This document shows, piece by piece, positions 27,269-36,261 of a DNA stretch of 43,301 nt. Under the pieces are notes generated by a model, which was not told where the DNA came from, did no database searches, and saw only the letters and a list, made by a program, of their open reading frames with translations. The DNA is from Chitinophagaceae bacterium (GTDB taxonomy: Bacteria; Bacteroidota; Bacteroidia; Chitinophagales; Chitinophagaceae), in NCBI GenBank assembly GCA_035914595.1, contig JAMIQN010000027.1, positions 1-43,301 on the forward strand, written 5' to 3'. A program made the translations under genes and the position numbers. The number at the start of each line of letters is the position of its first letter. The stretch's first letter is position 1.

Positions 27269-28171
27269 ATGGACATCGCCAAGTATATCGGCCTCTACCT
27301 TTTCAAGAATAATTACTGCTACCTCCACGGCCTGGGCAACCTCGAGATCAAGCGGAAGCCTGCCGCTTTTGAAGGTGAAAGCCTGCATGCCCCGGAGTAC
27401 GAAGTGAAGTTGACGCCTGGCGGAAGTATTGACGACGCACTCGCCAATTTCATTGCAACCTACGAGCAGACTTCTATCTCGAAAGCTGCGAATGCCCTAC
27501 GTGATTTCAGCATTGCTACGCGTGCGGAGTTAAGTGCAGGAAAGGAGGTTGAAATTCCCGGGATCGGCCGTTTTGTTGACGAGCATGGTGCGATCGGATT
27601 TATCGGCAACCCGCATCTCCAGCATGTTCCGCCACCGGTGCCGGTCATCCGAATGGCGAAACGCACGGAAGAAGCGCCCGATTTTCATCGCGATTTTGAA
27701 GAAGGAAAAAGCAAGAGCGAGATAGCCTGGGGGCGCATTGCCCTGTTGGCTGTCGTGGTACTGATTATTGCGGGCGCCGCAGTGTTTGGATATCGTTATT
27801 TCAAAGACAGGCCGATGCAAAATCCGGTAGTGCAACAACCTGCACAGGTGCAGCCGTCCATCGAACCGCCGGTACAAACCTTGCCTGCAGACACTACAGT
27901 TCATCAAGACAGCACTCAGATACCACCGCCTGCTGTGGCTCCCACCAGCGACTATCTGGTGGTACTTAATCACTACAGCAATCAGGCCGCTGCCGACCGC
28001 CGCACCGGATTCCTGACGCGCAATGGCAATAAAGTAGAGGCGAAAATGCTCGACTCAATGCACTATGTGGTGGTGATGCGGATGCCCTACAGCGCCGGTG
28101 ATACAACCCATGTGTTGGATTCGCTTCGCCGCTTTTTCAACCCCAAGGGCAGGGTGTATATCCTGCATTGA
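27269..28171 (+). CDS. HU-like (HU-CCDC81 type) N-terminal domain / TM / SPOR-like C-terminal domain protein
   Basis: MDIAKYIGLYLFKNNYCYLHGLGNLEIKRKPA and a second EIPGIGRFV unit resemble paired HU-like domains. These are followed by a central TM helix (IALLAVVVLIIAGAAVFGY), a Pro/Gln-rich linker, and a C-terminal YLVVLNHYSNQAAADRR...YVVVMRMPY SPOR-like fold. Confidence 0.65.
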   Translation: MDIAKYIGLYLFKNNYCYLHGLGNLEIKRKPAAFEGESLHAPEYEVKLTPGGSIDDALANFIATYEQTSISKAANALRDFSIATRAELSAGKEVEIPGIGRFVDEHGAIGFIGNPHLQHVPPPVPVIRMAKRTEEAPDFHRDFEEGKSKSEIAWGRIALLAVVVLIIAGAAVFGYRYFKDRPMQNPVVQQPAQVQPSIEPPVQTLPADTTVHQDSTQIPPPAVAPTSDYLVVLNHYSNQAAADRRTGFLTRNGNKVEAKMLDSMHYVVVMRMPYSAGDTTHVLDSLRRFFNPKGRVYILH

Positions 28172-28341
28172 TTTCGCTCCAACCTCTATTAATGAGGATG
28201 TGTGCCTGAAGGCTGAATCAGGCCGGTGATGCGCATTCGGAAGATGGTTGAAAGGCCTTTTCCTACCGCTTTTCTGCTATTGTAAAAAGCAGGAAGAAAG
28301 CGTGCTTTAAGGAAGTTGAAGCACCACTATTGAAGTGAAAA

Positions 28342-28983
28342 TTAGTACTGCTTCTTCCTGAAATCACCGCGCTTCCAGGCCTCAAAAAATTCAGCCCAGG
28401 ATATAGGATTCATGATATTGGAAGGACGCACCTGACCATAATAGATGGCCTCGCGTGCAAGGGTCTGCTGATAGACTGCCTGATTTTCGCGACCGTCACG
28501 AGGCATGGTGTAGGCCATCGCGCGCAGCATCAGCGCATCTGTATTTTTTCTGGCAACCTCATACTGGTCATCCGGAATTTGCCAGTGCGTGAATGCATAG
28601 TCGAATTGCTCGCGGGAGGGCAGCGGACGCACAATAGTTTCAGGGAGATAAAAAGTGTCTTGCACCATGAGTTGAATCATGGAGAAGTACTGCCCCTTGA
28701 TGTGCATCGGCACTACATAGGTCTTGGGACGGAAGCCCACCGCACTAAACTCAAGGGTATCGCCTTTGTAGCAAACGAGTGAAAAGACGCCCATCTCAGA
28801 AGAGCTTACACCGCGGTATTTGTTCTTGACGGAAACGGTCGTGAAAGGCACTGCCCGCAGACTATCGGCAGTGATGGTTACCCCATTTATCTGCACGATA
28901 CGATTGTCTTCTTCATCCTGTGCATAGGCCGTTAGTATAAGTCCTTGCGCAGCAAAAAAGAGAAGCATCAATCGGCACAACAT
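28342..28983 (-). CDS. Carboxypeptidase-regulatory-like domain protein (secreted, 213 aa)
   Basis: Signal peptide MLCRLMLLFFAAQGLILTAYA/Q, then VQINGVTITADSLRAVPFTTVSVKNKYRGVSSSEMGVFSLVCYKGDTLEFSAVGFRPK. Only the 3' third of track ORF 28342-30387 is used. The remainder is antisense to apbC. Confidence 0.75.
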   Translation of the reverse strand: MLCRLMLLFFAAQGLILTAYAQDEEDNRIVQINGVTITADSLRAVPFTTVSVKNKYRGVSSSEMGVFSLVCYKGDTLEFSAVGFRPKTYVVPMHIKGQYFSMIQLMVQDTFYLPETIVRPLPSREQFDYAFTHWQIPDDQYEVARKNTDALMLRAMAYTMPRDGRENQAVYQQTLAREAIYYGQVRPSNIMNPISWAEFFEAWKRGDFRKKQY

Positions 28984-29063
28984 GACAGGGAAAAGTAGGC
29001 GCGGAGCACGCCGGCAGGCTCGGATAAAACCATTGCCAGCCACAAAGATGCAAGCGCTGCCCG

Positions 29064-29071
29064 TACTTTTG
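29064..29071 (+). promoter_or_regulatory. -7 box TACTTTTG for apbC
   Basis: Exact TAnnTTTG 32 nt upstream of the ATG at 29104. Confidence 0.45.
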
Positions 29072-29103
29072 CGGGGCTCAAAATTTGATTTAACGAAAGA
29101 TTT

Positions 29104-30204
29104 ATGGCTATTACTAAAGAGGCGGTTTTGCAGGCCCTGAGCCAAGTGCAGGAGCCTGATTTGGGAAAGGACCTCGTCACGCTCAACATGGTTGAGGATA
29201 TCCGGATTGAGGATAATAAAATAAGCTTCACGGTCATCCTGACGACGCCGGCCTGCCCGCTGAAGGAGATGATTGAAAAGGCTTGCATCAACGCCATTCG
29301 AGTCATGGTGAGCGCGGATGCGGAGATCAGCATCAATATGAAATCCAGAGTGGCGAGCAATCGCCGCGATACGAAGGGCATCCTGCCGGGCGTCAAGAAT
29401 ATTATCGTCGTCGCGTCGGGTAAAGGAGGGGTTGGCAAAAGCACGGTAGCCGTGAATCTTGCTCTGGGCCTCGCCCGCGAAGGTGCTGCCGTGGGCCTGC
29501 TGGACGCCGATATCTACGGGCCTTCTGTCCCCATCATGCTGGGCATTCGCAATGAGCGCCCCAAGATGACGGACGTGGACGGCAAGGGCAAGATTGTGCC
29601 AATCGAACGGTTCGGCATCAAGGCCATGAGCATCGGCTTGCTGATTGATGAAAAGCAGGCCGTCATCTGGCGCGGGCCTCAGGCCAGCTCGGCCCTGCGT
29701 CAGTTCATAGGCGACGTCATGTGGGGAGAGCTGGATTATCTGGTTGTAGACCTGCCGCCGGGCACGGGCGACGTACAACTCACGATGGTGCAAACGGTGC
29801 CGGTGACCGGTGCTGTGGTGGTGTGCACCCCACAGGCCGTGGCTGCCGCAGATGCGCGCAAGGCCATCATCATGTTCCGCCAACCTCAAATCAATGTGCC
29901 CATCCTGGGAATCATTGAGAACATGTCCTACTTCACGCCGGCTGAATTGCCGAACAACAAGTACTACATCTTCGGCAAGGGTGGAGCCCAGCAGATGGCG
30001 GATCAATTTGAAATTCCCTTCCTCGGCGAAGTTCCTTTGGTGCAAAGTATCCGTGAAGGTGGTGACGTAGGCGTGCCGGCAATTGTGAATGATGATGTAC
30101 AGAGCAGCGAAGCATTTATGGGCGTAGCGCATCGCGTGGCACAGCAGGTGTCTATCCGCAACGCGAACCTGGCCCCGACCAAGGTGGTCGAGATGAAGAT
30201 GTAG
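29104..30204 (+). CDS. apbC: Fe-S cluster carrier ATPase Mrp/ApbC (DUF59 + ParA/MinD-like P-loop)
   Basis: N-terminal DUF59/MIP18 (VQEPDLGKDLVTLNMVEDI...TTPACP), deviant Walker A SGKGGVGKSTVAVNLA, DYLVVDLPPGTGD, and ENMSYF...FG.GG. Confidence 0.92.
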   Translation: MAITKEAVLQALSQVQEPDLGKDLVTLNMVEDIRIEDNKISFTVILTTPACPLKEMIEKACINAIRVMVSADAEISINMKSRVASNRRDTKGILPGVKNIIVVASGKGGVGKSTVAVNLALGLAREGAAVGLLDADIYGPSVPIMLGIRNERPKMTDVDGKGKIVPIERFGIKAMSIGLLIDEKQAVIWRGPQASSALRQFIGDVMWGELDYLVVDLPPGTGDVQLTMVQTVPVTGAVVVCTPQAVAAADARKAIIMFRQPQINVPILGIIENMSYFTPAELPNNKYYIFGKGGAQQMADQFEIPFLGEVPLVQSIREGGDVGVPAIVNDDVQSSEAFMGVAHRVAQQVSIRNANLAPTKVVEMKM

Positions 30205-30238
30205 CCCCGGGAAAGGCAACGACAAAAACTTCAGTTTG

Positions 30239-31039
30239 ATGAATCGAGAACAGCTTGTTTCCTGCATCAGGAAAAAGAAGTCGGTGCTGTGTGTGGGCCT
30301 GGACACGGATCCGGCGAAGGTGCCCGCAGGAATGCGGGAAACGAAAGAAGGCATCATCGCCTTCAACAAGGCCATCATTGATGCCACAAAGGATTTCGCG
30401 GTAGCCTATAAAATCAATACGGCTTTTTATGAGGCGCAGGGAATTGAAGGCTGGCAGATTCTTCAGGAGACGCTGGCCTACCTTCCCGATGATGTCTTCA
30501 GCATTGCCGATGCCAAGCGCGGCGATATCGGCAACACAGCCGACCAGTATGCCCGCACTTTTTTTCAGACCTACCCTTTCGATTCGGTAACTGTAGCGCC
30601 CTATATGGGTGAGGATTCGGTGAGCCCTTTCCTGAAGTACGAAGGGCGATGGGCCATCGTGCTGGGGCTTACGTCCAATAAGGGCAGCCAGGATTTTCAG
30701 ATGCTGCCTACTGGCGACGGTTTGGTTTATGAAGAGGTGCTGCGCAAAGTCTCTGGCTGGGGTAGCTCCGAGAATTTGATGTTCGTAATCGGCGCCACGC
30801 AGGATGCGCAATTGCGTCGCGTGCGGGAAATCGTCCCGAATCACTTCTTGCTGATTCCCGGTGTAGGTGCCCAGGGCGGCGACCTGAATGCCGTATGCCA
30901 ATCCGCACTCAATGACGATGGCGGCATTCTGGTGAATGTTTCCAGAGGAATCATGTATGCCGGCCAGGGGCCTGACTTCGCGGAGCGCGCTGCGGAAGCG
31001 GCCGCAGGCTACCAGCGGCAGATGGCGGCTTATTTGTAA
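30239..31039 (+). CDS. pyrF: Orotidine-5'-phosphate decarboxylase (type 2)
   Basis: LCVGLDTD, ADAKRGDIGNT and LIPGVGAQGG motifs. The ATG at 30239 is directly after the TTG at 30236 used by the track. Confidence 0.9.
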   Translation: MNREQLVSCIRKKKSVLCVGLDTDPAKVPAGMRETKEGIIAFNKAIIDATKDFAVAYKINTAFYEAQGIEGWQILQETLAYLPDDVFSIADAKRGDIGNTADQYARTFFQTYPFDSVTVAPYMGEDSVSPFLKYEGRWAIVLGLTSNKGSQDFQMLPTGDGLVYEEVLRKVSGWGSSENLMFVIGATQDAQLRRVREIVPNHFLLIPGVGAQGGDLNAVCQSALNDDGGILVNVSRGIMYAGQGPDFAERAAEAAAGYQRQMAAYL

Positions 31040-31080
31040 TTTTTCGAGGCAGGCCTCTTTCTCATCCTCCTGCAACACTT

Positions 31081-32346
31081 ATGCAGGAAGCCTTGCTCCA
31101 ATTCATCTGGCAATACAGTCTTTACCGACCGGCAGCCTTATACACTCAATCGGGCGAGCGGGTAGAAGTGCAAGCACCGGGCACCCGTAATACCGATGCA
31201 GGCCCGGACTTCAGCATGGCACGGGTGAAGGTGGGCGAAACACTGCTGGTGGGCAATGTGGAGCTCCATGTGCGTAGCTCCGACTGGCAACGCCACCGCC
31301 ATGATGCGGATACAGCATACGACCGCGTGATTCTGCACGTCGTGTATGAAGATGATGGCGGCCATCGCCGGGAAGGTCTGCCCTTGCTGGAATTGCGCGA
31401 TCATATTCCTGAGGAGGTGTTGCAGCGCTACACGGACTTGATTCAAACAACTGCCGCCCTGCCTTGTGCCGCGTCGTTGGGTGGTGTTCATGGCATGACG
31501 CGCCGCTCGTGGATGAGCAGGATGCTGGTAGAGCGCTGGGAGCAGAAGCTGGAGCAGTGGGCCGCTGATCTGAAGCAGGCCGGTGGCGACTGGCATACAC
31601 TATACTGGTGGCGCCTGGCGGCCAATTTCGGATTCAAAGTGAATGCAGGCCCTTTCCTGCTGCTGGCGCAGTCGCTGCCGCTGCGCCTCTTGCTAAAGCA
31701 GCCGGGTTTGTTGCAGTTGGAAGCGCTGCTTTATGGCCAGGCAGGCTTTCTGGAAGGAAGTTTTACCGACGATTACCCGCGCGCTTTGCAGGCTGAGTTT
31801 GCGTACCTGAAAACCAAGTATCGCTTGGCGCCGATGGAAATGGGTGCCTGGAAGTTCATGCGCCTCCGACCCGCGAATTTTCCCAGTCTTCGAATCGCAC
31901 AATTGGCGGCCTTACTGCATCGAGCGCCTGCACTCATTCACAGCCCGGGCGGTAGCGAGGATGTTGCGGGATTGGTGCAAGCCCTCTCGGTGCCGGCGAG
32001 TGAATATTGGGACCGCCACTATCGTTTTGAAGATGCTCCTCATGTGGCTTCGCGAAAAATGTTGGGCACGGATGCGGCGCACAACATCATCATCAACACA
32101 ATTGCGCCCATCCGATTTCTATACAGCCACGAGCAGGGAAGGCCTCGCGATGCGGAGGCTGCGTTGCAGATGCTGGAGGCGCTGCCTGCAGAAAACAACA
32201 AAATCACGCGGATGTGGGCGACGCACGGATGGGCCAGCACCAATGCAGCCGACTCGCAATCGCTGATACAACTGTTCAACAGCTACTGCAGCAGCAAGCG
32301 ATGTCTGGAGTGCGCAGTGGGGCTCAGCATCATCAGGGCCAGATAA
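31081..32346 (+). CDS. DUF2851 family protein
   Basis: MQEALLQFIWQY...GTRNTDAGPDF..A.V.....L.GNVELHVRSSDWQRHRHD....YD.VILHVVYEDD and a C-terminal C..C pair (CSSKRCLECAVG) are typical of this Bacteroidota family. Confidence 0.8.
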   Translation: MQEALLQFIWQYSLYRPAALYTQSGERVEVQAPGTRNTDAGPDFSMARVKVGETLLVGNVELHVRSSDWQRHRHDADTAYDRVILHVVYEDDGGHRREGLPLLELRDHIPEEVLQRYTDLIQTTAALPCAASLGGVHGMTRRSWMSRMLVERWEQKLEQWAADLKQAGGDWHTLYWWRLAANFGFKVNAGPFLLLAQSLPLRLLLKQPGLLQLEALLYGQAGFLEGSFTDDYPRALQAEFAYLKTKYRLAPMEMGAWKFMRLRPANFPSLRIAQLAALLHRAPALIHSPGGSEDVAGLVQALSVPASEYWDRHYRFEDAPHVASRKMLGTDAAHNIIINTIAPIRFLYSHEQGRPRDAEAALQMLEALPAENNKITRMWATHGWASTNAADSQSLIQLFNSYCSSKRCLECAVGLSIIRAR

Positions 32347-32740
32347 ACTGGACGGACTTCTCCATGTCGGGATGCAGGCTTTCGAAGACGGGGCAGGTAC
32401 GTGCCGCATGTTCGATGAAAGCGCGTGCACGATCATCGTATTGGTGCGGGCCTGCAAAGCGCATGGTGATGCGGATCTGGCCGATGCGGCGTGGATTCTG
32501 CGCCATGATTTTTTCGACGTCACATTCGACGGGGCCGAGCACAAACTGATGGGCCTTGGCTGAGAGCGCCATGATGGTCAACATGCAGGATGCAAGGGCC
32601 GCAGAGACTAAGTCTGTAGGAGAAAATTTGGAGCCGGTGCCGCCATTGTCGGTGGGCGCATCGGTTTGGATAGTGGTGCCGGAACGAAGGTGGACAGCGG
32701 TTGTCGCCACGCCCGATTCATAACTCACTTTGGCCGTCAT
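32333..32740 (-). CDS. OsmC/Ohr family peroxiredoxin-like protein
   Basis: 135 aa with GGTGSKFSPTDLVSAALASCMLT and ...ARTCPVFESL (two conserved Cys). Its 3' end overlaps the convergent DUF2851 gene by 14 nt. Confidence 0.85.
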   Translation of the reverse strand: MTAKVSYESGVATTAVHLRSGTTIQTDAPTDNGGTGSKFSPTDLVSAALASCMLTIMALSAKAHQFVLGPVECDVEKIMAQNPRRIGQIRITMRFAGPHQYDDRARAFIEHAARTCPVFESLHPDMEKSVQFIWP

Positions 32741-32970
32741 GGGGAGGAAAAGATTTTAGCGAAAGTAAGATGGGCCGGTAGAAGGGAAGCTTGGAGGTAT
32801 TCTTTCACCGCATCATTCTGTGAAGCCACACTTTATGGGAAAAGCTTCATAGGAGCAATAGCCCTGAACGGTGCCATCGCCGAAAATGCTTCATCGGAGT
32901 GCAAAAGCTGACTACAAAAAAACCTCCTGACGATGCTTTTACGGGACGGAAGGCGGCCTGATTGTACGTG

Positions 32971-32978
32971 TACATTTG
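32971..32978 (+). promoter_or_regulatory. -7 box TACATTTG immediately upstream of the ABC permease ATG
   Basis: Exact TAnnTTTG 7 nt before the ATG at 32986, which implies a nearly leaderless mRNA. Confidence 0.35.
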
Positions 32979-32985
32979 TCGCCTC

Positions 32986-34245
32986 ATGGCCTTTAGTGGC
33001 AGTATTATCAGCACCAGTTTTACCCAGGCTCTGGGTGAGTTGCGGGCGAATCGCCTTCGGACGGTGCTTTCGCTGCTGGGCATCACTATTGGCATCTTCT
33101 GTATTGTGGCGGTGGCGGCTGTGCTAAACAGCATGGAGGCGAAAATTCATGAAAACATGTCGGCGCTGGGATCCGATGTTTTGTACATCAACCGGCGGCC
33201 TTGGATGCCTGAAGGCGGTGAATACAAATGGTGGGAATATCTGCAGCGCCGGCCCATGTCGCTGGCGGATATGCGCGTGTTACAACGCAACGTACCCGAG
33301 GCAGCGGTAGTAACGATTTGCTATGTGCAGCCCGGTGCGACGGTGAAGGCAGACGGCCAGAGTGTGGAAGGAGCGATGCTGTATGCGGCGATGCCCGGTT
33401 TTGAAAAAGTGCAAAATGTGGAGGTGCAGCAGGGGCGTTACCTCAGCGCCGCAGAGTTGGAGACAGGCAGCAACACGGTAGTTATTGGGCATGAAATCAA
33501 AGAATCGCTGTTTGGAAATCTGGATGCGATTGGGCGCACGCTCAAGATTGCAGGGCGCAGCTTTCATGTGGGGGGCGTGATGCACAAAGAAGGACAGAAC
33601 ATGGCCGGCTTCAACTTCGACAACTCTATCATCCTGTCGTATGCCACAGCTTCGAGCATGTATGATATTCATTCCCGCGACTGGAATAATGACCCGACAG
33701 TGATGGTGAAAGCGCGGCCGGGCGTGTCGGTGGATGAACTGGAAGATGAAGTGATGGGCGTGCTGCGTGCAGAGCGGAAAGTGAGGCCAGGCGCGGCTGC
33801 CGACTTCTCCGTCAACCGCCTTTCCGAAGTGTCGAAGCGCCTGTCCGAGGTGTTTGGCGTTGTCAATATGATTGGCGGTGTGATTGGGCTATTCTCACTG
33901 TTGGTAGGAGCCTTTGGCATTGCCAACATCATGTTTGTGACCGTGCGCGAACGAACAAAAGTGATTGGATTGAAAAAGGCCATCGGTGCACGGCGGATTG
34001 TGATCATGACTGAATTTCTGGTAGAGGCTGTGACGCTATGCCTCATTGGTGGTGCTGTTGGGATCTTGCTGGTGTGGCTGCTGGGCCTGGGCCTGACCTA
34101 TGCGCTCGATTTTCCGATTAGCCTTTCGGTCAGCAATATTGTTTTTGGCGTAGGCATATCGGCCCTGGTAGGTATTGTGGCGGGGCTGGCACCGGCTTTG
34201 TCTGCTTCGCGCTTAAACCCCGTAGTGGCAATCCGCTCCACATAG
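32986..34245 (+). CDS. ABC transporter permease, MacB/FtsX family
   Basis: LRANRLRTVLSLLGITIGIFCIV (TM1), a large periplasmic MacB_PCD-like domain, and a C-terminal FtsX domain (RERTKVIGLKKAIGARR...). No ATPase gene is adjacent. Confidence 0.85.
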   Translation: MAFSGSIISTSFTQALGELRANRLRTVLSLLGITIGIFCIVAVAAVLNSMEAKIHENMSALGSDVLYINRRPWMPEGGEYKWWEYLQRRPMSLADMRVLQRNVPEAAVVTICYVQPGATVKADGQSVEGAMLYAAMPGFEKVQNVEVQQGRYLSAAELETGSNTVVIGHEIKESLFGNLDAIGRTLKIAGRSFHVGGVMHKEGQNMAGFNFDNSIILSYATASSMYDIHSRDWNNDPTVMVKARPGVSVDELEDEVMGVLRAERKVRPGAAADFSVNRLSEVSKRLSEVFGVVNMIGGVIGLFSLLVGAFGIANIMFVTVRERTKVIGLKKAIGARRIVIMTEFLVEAVTLCLIGGAVGILLVWLLGLGLTYALDFPISLSVSNIVFGVGISALVGIVAGLAPALSASRLNPVVAIRST

Positions 34246-34265
34246 CGCCACAAGAAAATTTATAG

Positions 34266-34778
34266 ATGATGAACGAGACGAATTCCGCTTCACGCGTACC
34301 ACTGCTGGACGATCTGCGCATCCGTAGAAAGTTGCTGCGCATGGCCTGGCAGATTTGGGAACACAACAGCAATGAAAAGGCGATTACCCTCATCGGCATC
34401 TCCGGCAATGGAGCAGTGATTGCAGAAATGCTGGCGGAGCATCTGCGCACGATTTCACCCCTCCAGGTCAGCATCCTGCGCGTGGACATGGACAAGGCGG
34501 CCCCGATGAGCGCGCCAATCACGGTTGATGCTCCCATCCATGACCGCTCGCTGGTGTTGGTGGATGATGTGGCCAACTCGGGTCGCACGCTGCTCTATGC
34601 TCTTCGTCCCTTGATGGAAGCCGAGCCGGAGAAAATTCTGATTGCCGTCCTGCTGGAGCGTAAGCACAAGTCCTTTCCGGTAGCACCCGATATTATTGGA
34701 CAGAGTGTGGCGACCACTTTGCAGGATCATATCCATGTCCGCATTCTTGAAAACCGAATTGAAGCCTATTTAGAATAA
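34266..34778 (+). CDS. Phosphoribosyltransferase family protein (PyrR-like, type I PRTase fold)
   Basis: PRPP-binding loop LVLVDDVANSGRTL. 170 aa. Confidence 0.7.
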   Translation: MMNETNSASRVPLLDDLRIRRKLLRMAWQIWEHNSNEKAITLIGISGNGAVIAEMLAEHLRTISPLQVSILRVDMDKAAPMSAPITVDAPIHDRSLVLVDDVANSGRTLLYALRPLMEAEPEKILIAVLLERKHKSFPVAPDIIGQSVATTLQDHIHVRILENRIEAYLE

Positions 34779-34781
34779 GCA

Positions 34782-35732
34782 ATGAATACTCTTGTCATCC
34801 ACGGCGGTGCCGGCAATATTGTGCCCGCCATCATGAATCCGGAACAGGAACGCCAGCATCGGGCAGGGCTGAAAGATGCGCTGGACGCAGGTTACGAAGT
34901 ACTGCAGCAGGGAGGCGCGGCCACCGATGCCGTGATTGCAGCCATCGCTTCACTCGAAGACAATCCGCTCTTTAATGCAGGGCGCGGTGCCGTTTTTACC
35001 AAAAAAGGCCTTCACGAAATGGATGCGGCATTGATGGATGGCCGCACGCTGGAAGCAGGTGCCGTAGCCGGTGTTCGCAATGTGCGCAACCCGATCCGGC
35101 TGGCCAGAGAAATCATGCTGCATAGTGGCCATGTCTTTCTGAGCGGCAGCGGTGCGCATGAGTTTGCACTGATGCAAGGGCTGGATCTCGTTCATGACGA
35201 CTACTTCTTCAACCAGGACCGCTACGACCAGTGGGTCGCCATTCGCGATTCCGACTTCTACCAGCTCGACCATAAGGGCGATAATCTGAAAGGAGCTATT
35301 CCCAACACCGACCATAAGTTCGGGACGGTGGGCGCCGTAGCCTGCGATGCGCAGGGCAACCTGGCAGCGGGCACTTCAACCGGCGGCATGACCAATAAAC
35401 GCTTTGGACGCATCGGCGACAGCCCTGTGATCGGTGCAGGCACTTACGCCAACAACAAGACCTGCGCAATTTCCTGTACCGGCCATGGTGAGTTTTTCCT
35501 GCGTGCCGTCGTAGCCTACGATGTGAGTTGCCTGATGGAATACGCCGGTCTCAGCCTGCAGCAAGCCTGCGAGCGCGTGGTGAATGACAAGCTGAAAAAG
35601 ATGGGTGGTGAAGGCGGCCTGATTGCCGTCAACGGTCAGGGTGAACCATATTTCTGCTTCAATTCGGCAGGTATGTATCGCGCAATGCGCAATCAGGAAG
35701 GGAGAGAGGAAATTGCCTTTTACGGAGCGTAG
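34782..35732 (+). CDS. Isoaspartyl peptidase / L-asparaginase (Ntn-hydrolase, plant-type asparaginase family)
   Basis: IHGGAG, NAGRGAVF, the autoprocessing site HKFGTVGAVACD (nucleophile Thr), STGGMTNK and GAGTYA. It starts 3 nt after the preceding stop. Confidence 0.9.
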   Translation: MNTLVIHGGAGNIVPAIMNPEQERQHRAGLKDALDAGYEVLQQGGAATDAVIAAIASLEDNPLFNAGRGAVFTKKGLHEMDAALMDGRTLEAGAVAGVRNVRNPIRLAREIMLHSGHVFLSGSGAHEFALMQGLDLVHDDYFFNQDRYDQWVAIRDSDFYQLDHKGDNLKGAIPNTDHKFGTVGAVACDAQGNLAAGTSTGGMTNKRFGRIGDSPVIGAGTYANNKTCAISCTGHGEFFLRAVVAYDVSCLMEYAGLSLQQACERVVNDKLKKMGGEGGLIAVNGQGEPYFCFNSAGMYRAMRNQEGREEIAFYGA

Positions 35733-35746
35733 CCGGAATTGAAAAC

Positions 35747-36259
35747 TTAGCTCATCAGTTCCTGATAGAGCTGAAAATTTTCATCGTCAAAACAGACGAA
35801 GGAAACCTGCTGCAGGATGCCCTGTTCGGCAAAAGAACGAACGGCATTCAGGGCAATTTCCGCTGCCAGGCGTTTGGGGAAATTATACACTCCCGTACTG
35901 ATATTGGGGAAGGCAATGTGAGCAAGGTCGTGCGCTTCTGCCAGGCGCATGGCATTGTGGTAGCAGTTGTGCAAGAGCTTTTGCATCTCCTGCGGGCGGC
36001 CTGCATTCCAGATGGGACCTACGGTGTGAATGACGAAGCGGGCTGGCAGCAGGCCTGCTGTGGTGAGCACCGCCTCGCCGGTAGCGCAGCCGCCCTGCTG
36101 TTCGCGGATGCGCATGCAGGCTTCAAGAATGGCAGGGCCTCCTTTGCGATGAATAGCGCCGTCCACGCCGCCGCCTCCCAGTAGGCTGGCATTGGCTGCA
36201 TTGACGATGGCATCTACCGCCAGCGTGGTAATATCCGCCTGTAGCAATGCCAGCTTCAT
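35747..36259 (-). CDS. ymdB: Macro-domain protein (O-acetyl-ADP-ribose deacetylase, YmdB-like)
   Basis: [36 protein letters not shown] and [14 protein letters not shown]. Confidence 0.85.
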   Translation of the reverse strand: MKLALLQADITTLAVDAIVNAANASLLGGGGVDGAIHRKGGPAILEACMRIREQQGGCATGEAVLTTAGLLPARFVIHTVGPIWNAGRPQEMQKLLHNCYHNAMRLAEAHDLAHIAFPNISTGVYNFPKRLAAEIALNAVRSFAEQGILQQVSFVCFDDENFQLYQELMS

Positions 36260-36261
36260 AG

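Noticed and set aside
8122-30204. hscA, hscB, a J-domain protein and apbC as a single Fe-S 'island'
   Set aside because: The genes are dispersed over 22 kb, on both strands, and interleaved with unrelated housekeeping genes. Nothing in the sequence suggests horizontal acquisition or co-regulation. Only the unlinked hscA/hscB observation is kept as a finding.
28984-30387. The largest ORF on the - strand in this region (681 aa, 28342-30387)
   Set aside because: Only its last 213 codons (28342-28983) look like a real protein, with a signal peptide plus a CarboxypepD_reg-like domain. The upstream 468 codons are low-complexity and Arg/His/Ala-rich. They lie exactly antisense to the strongly supported apbC and pyrF start region, so this is a shadow ORF in a GC-rich coding region.
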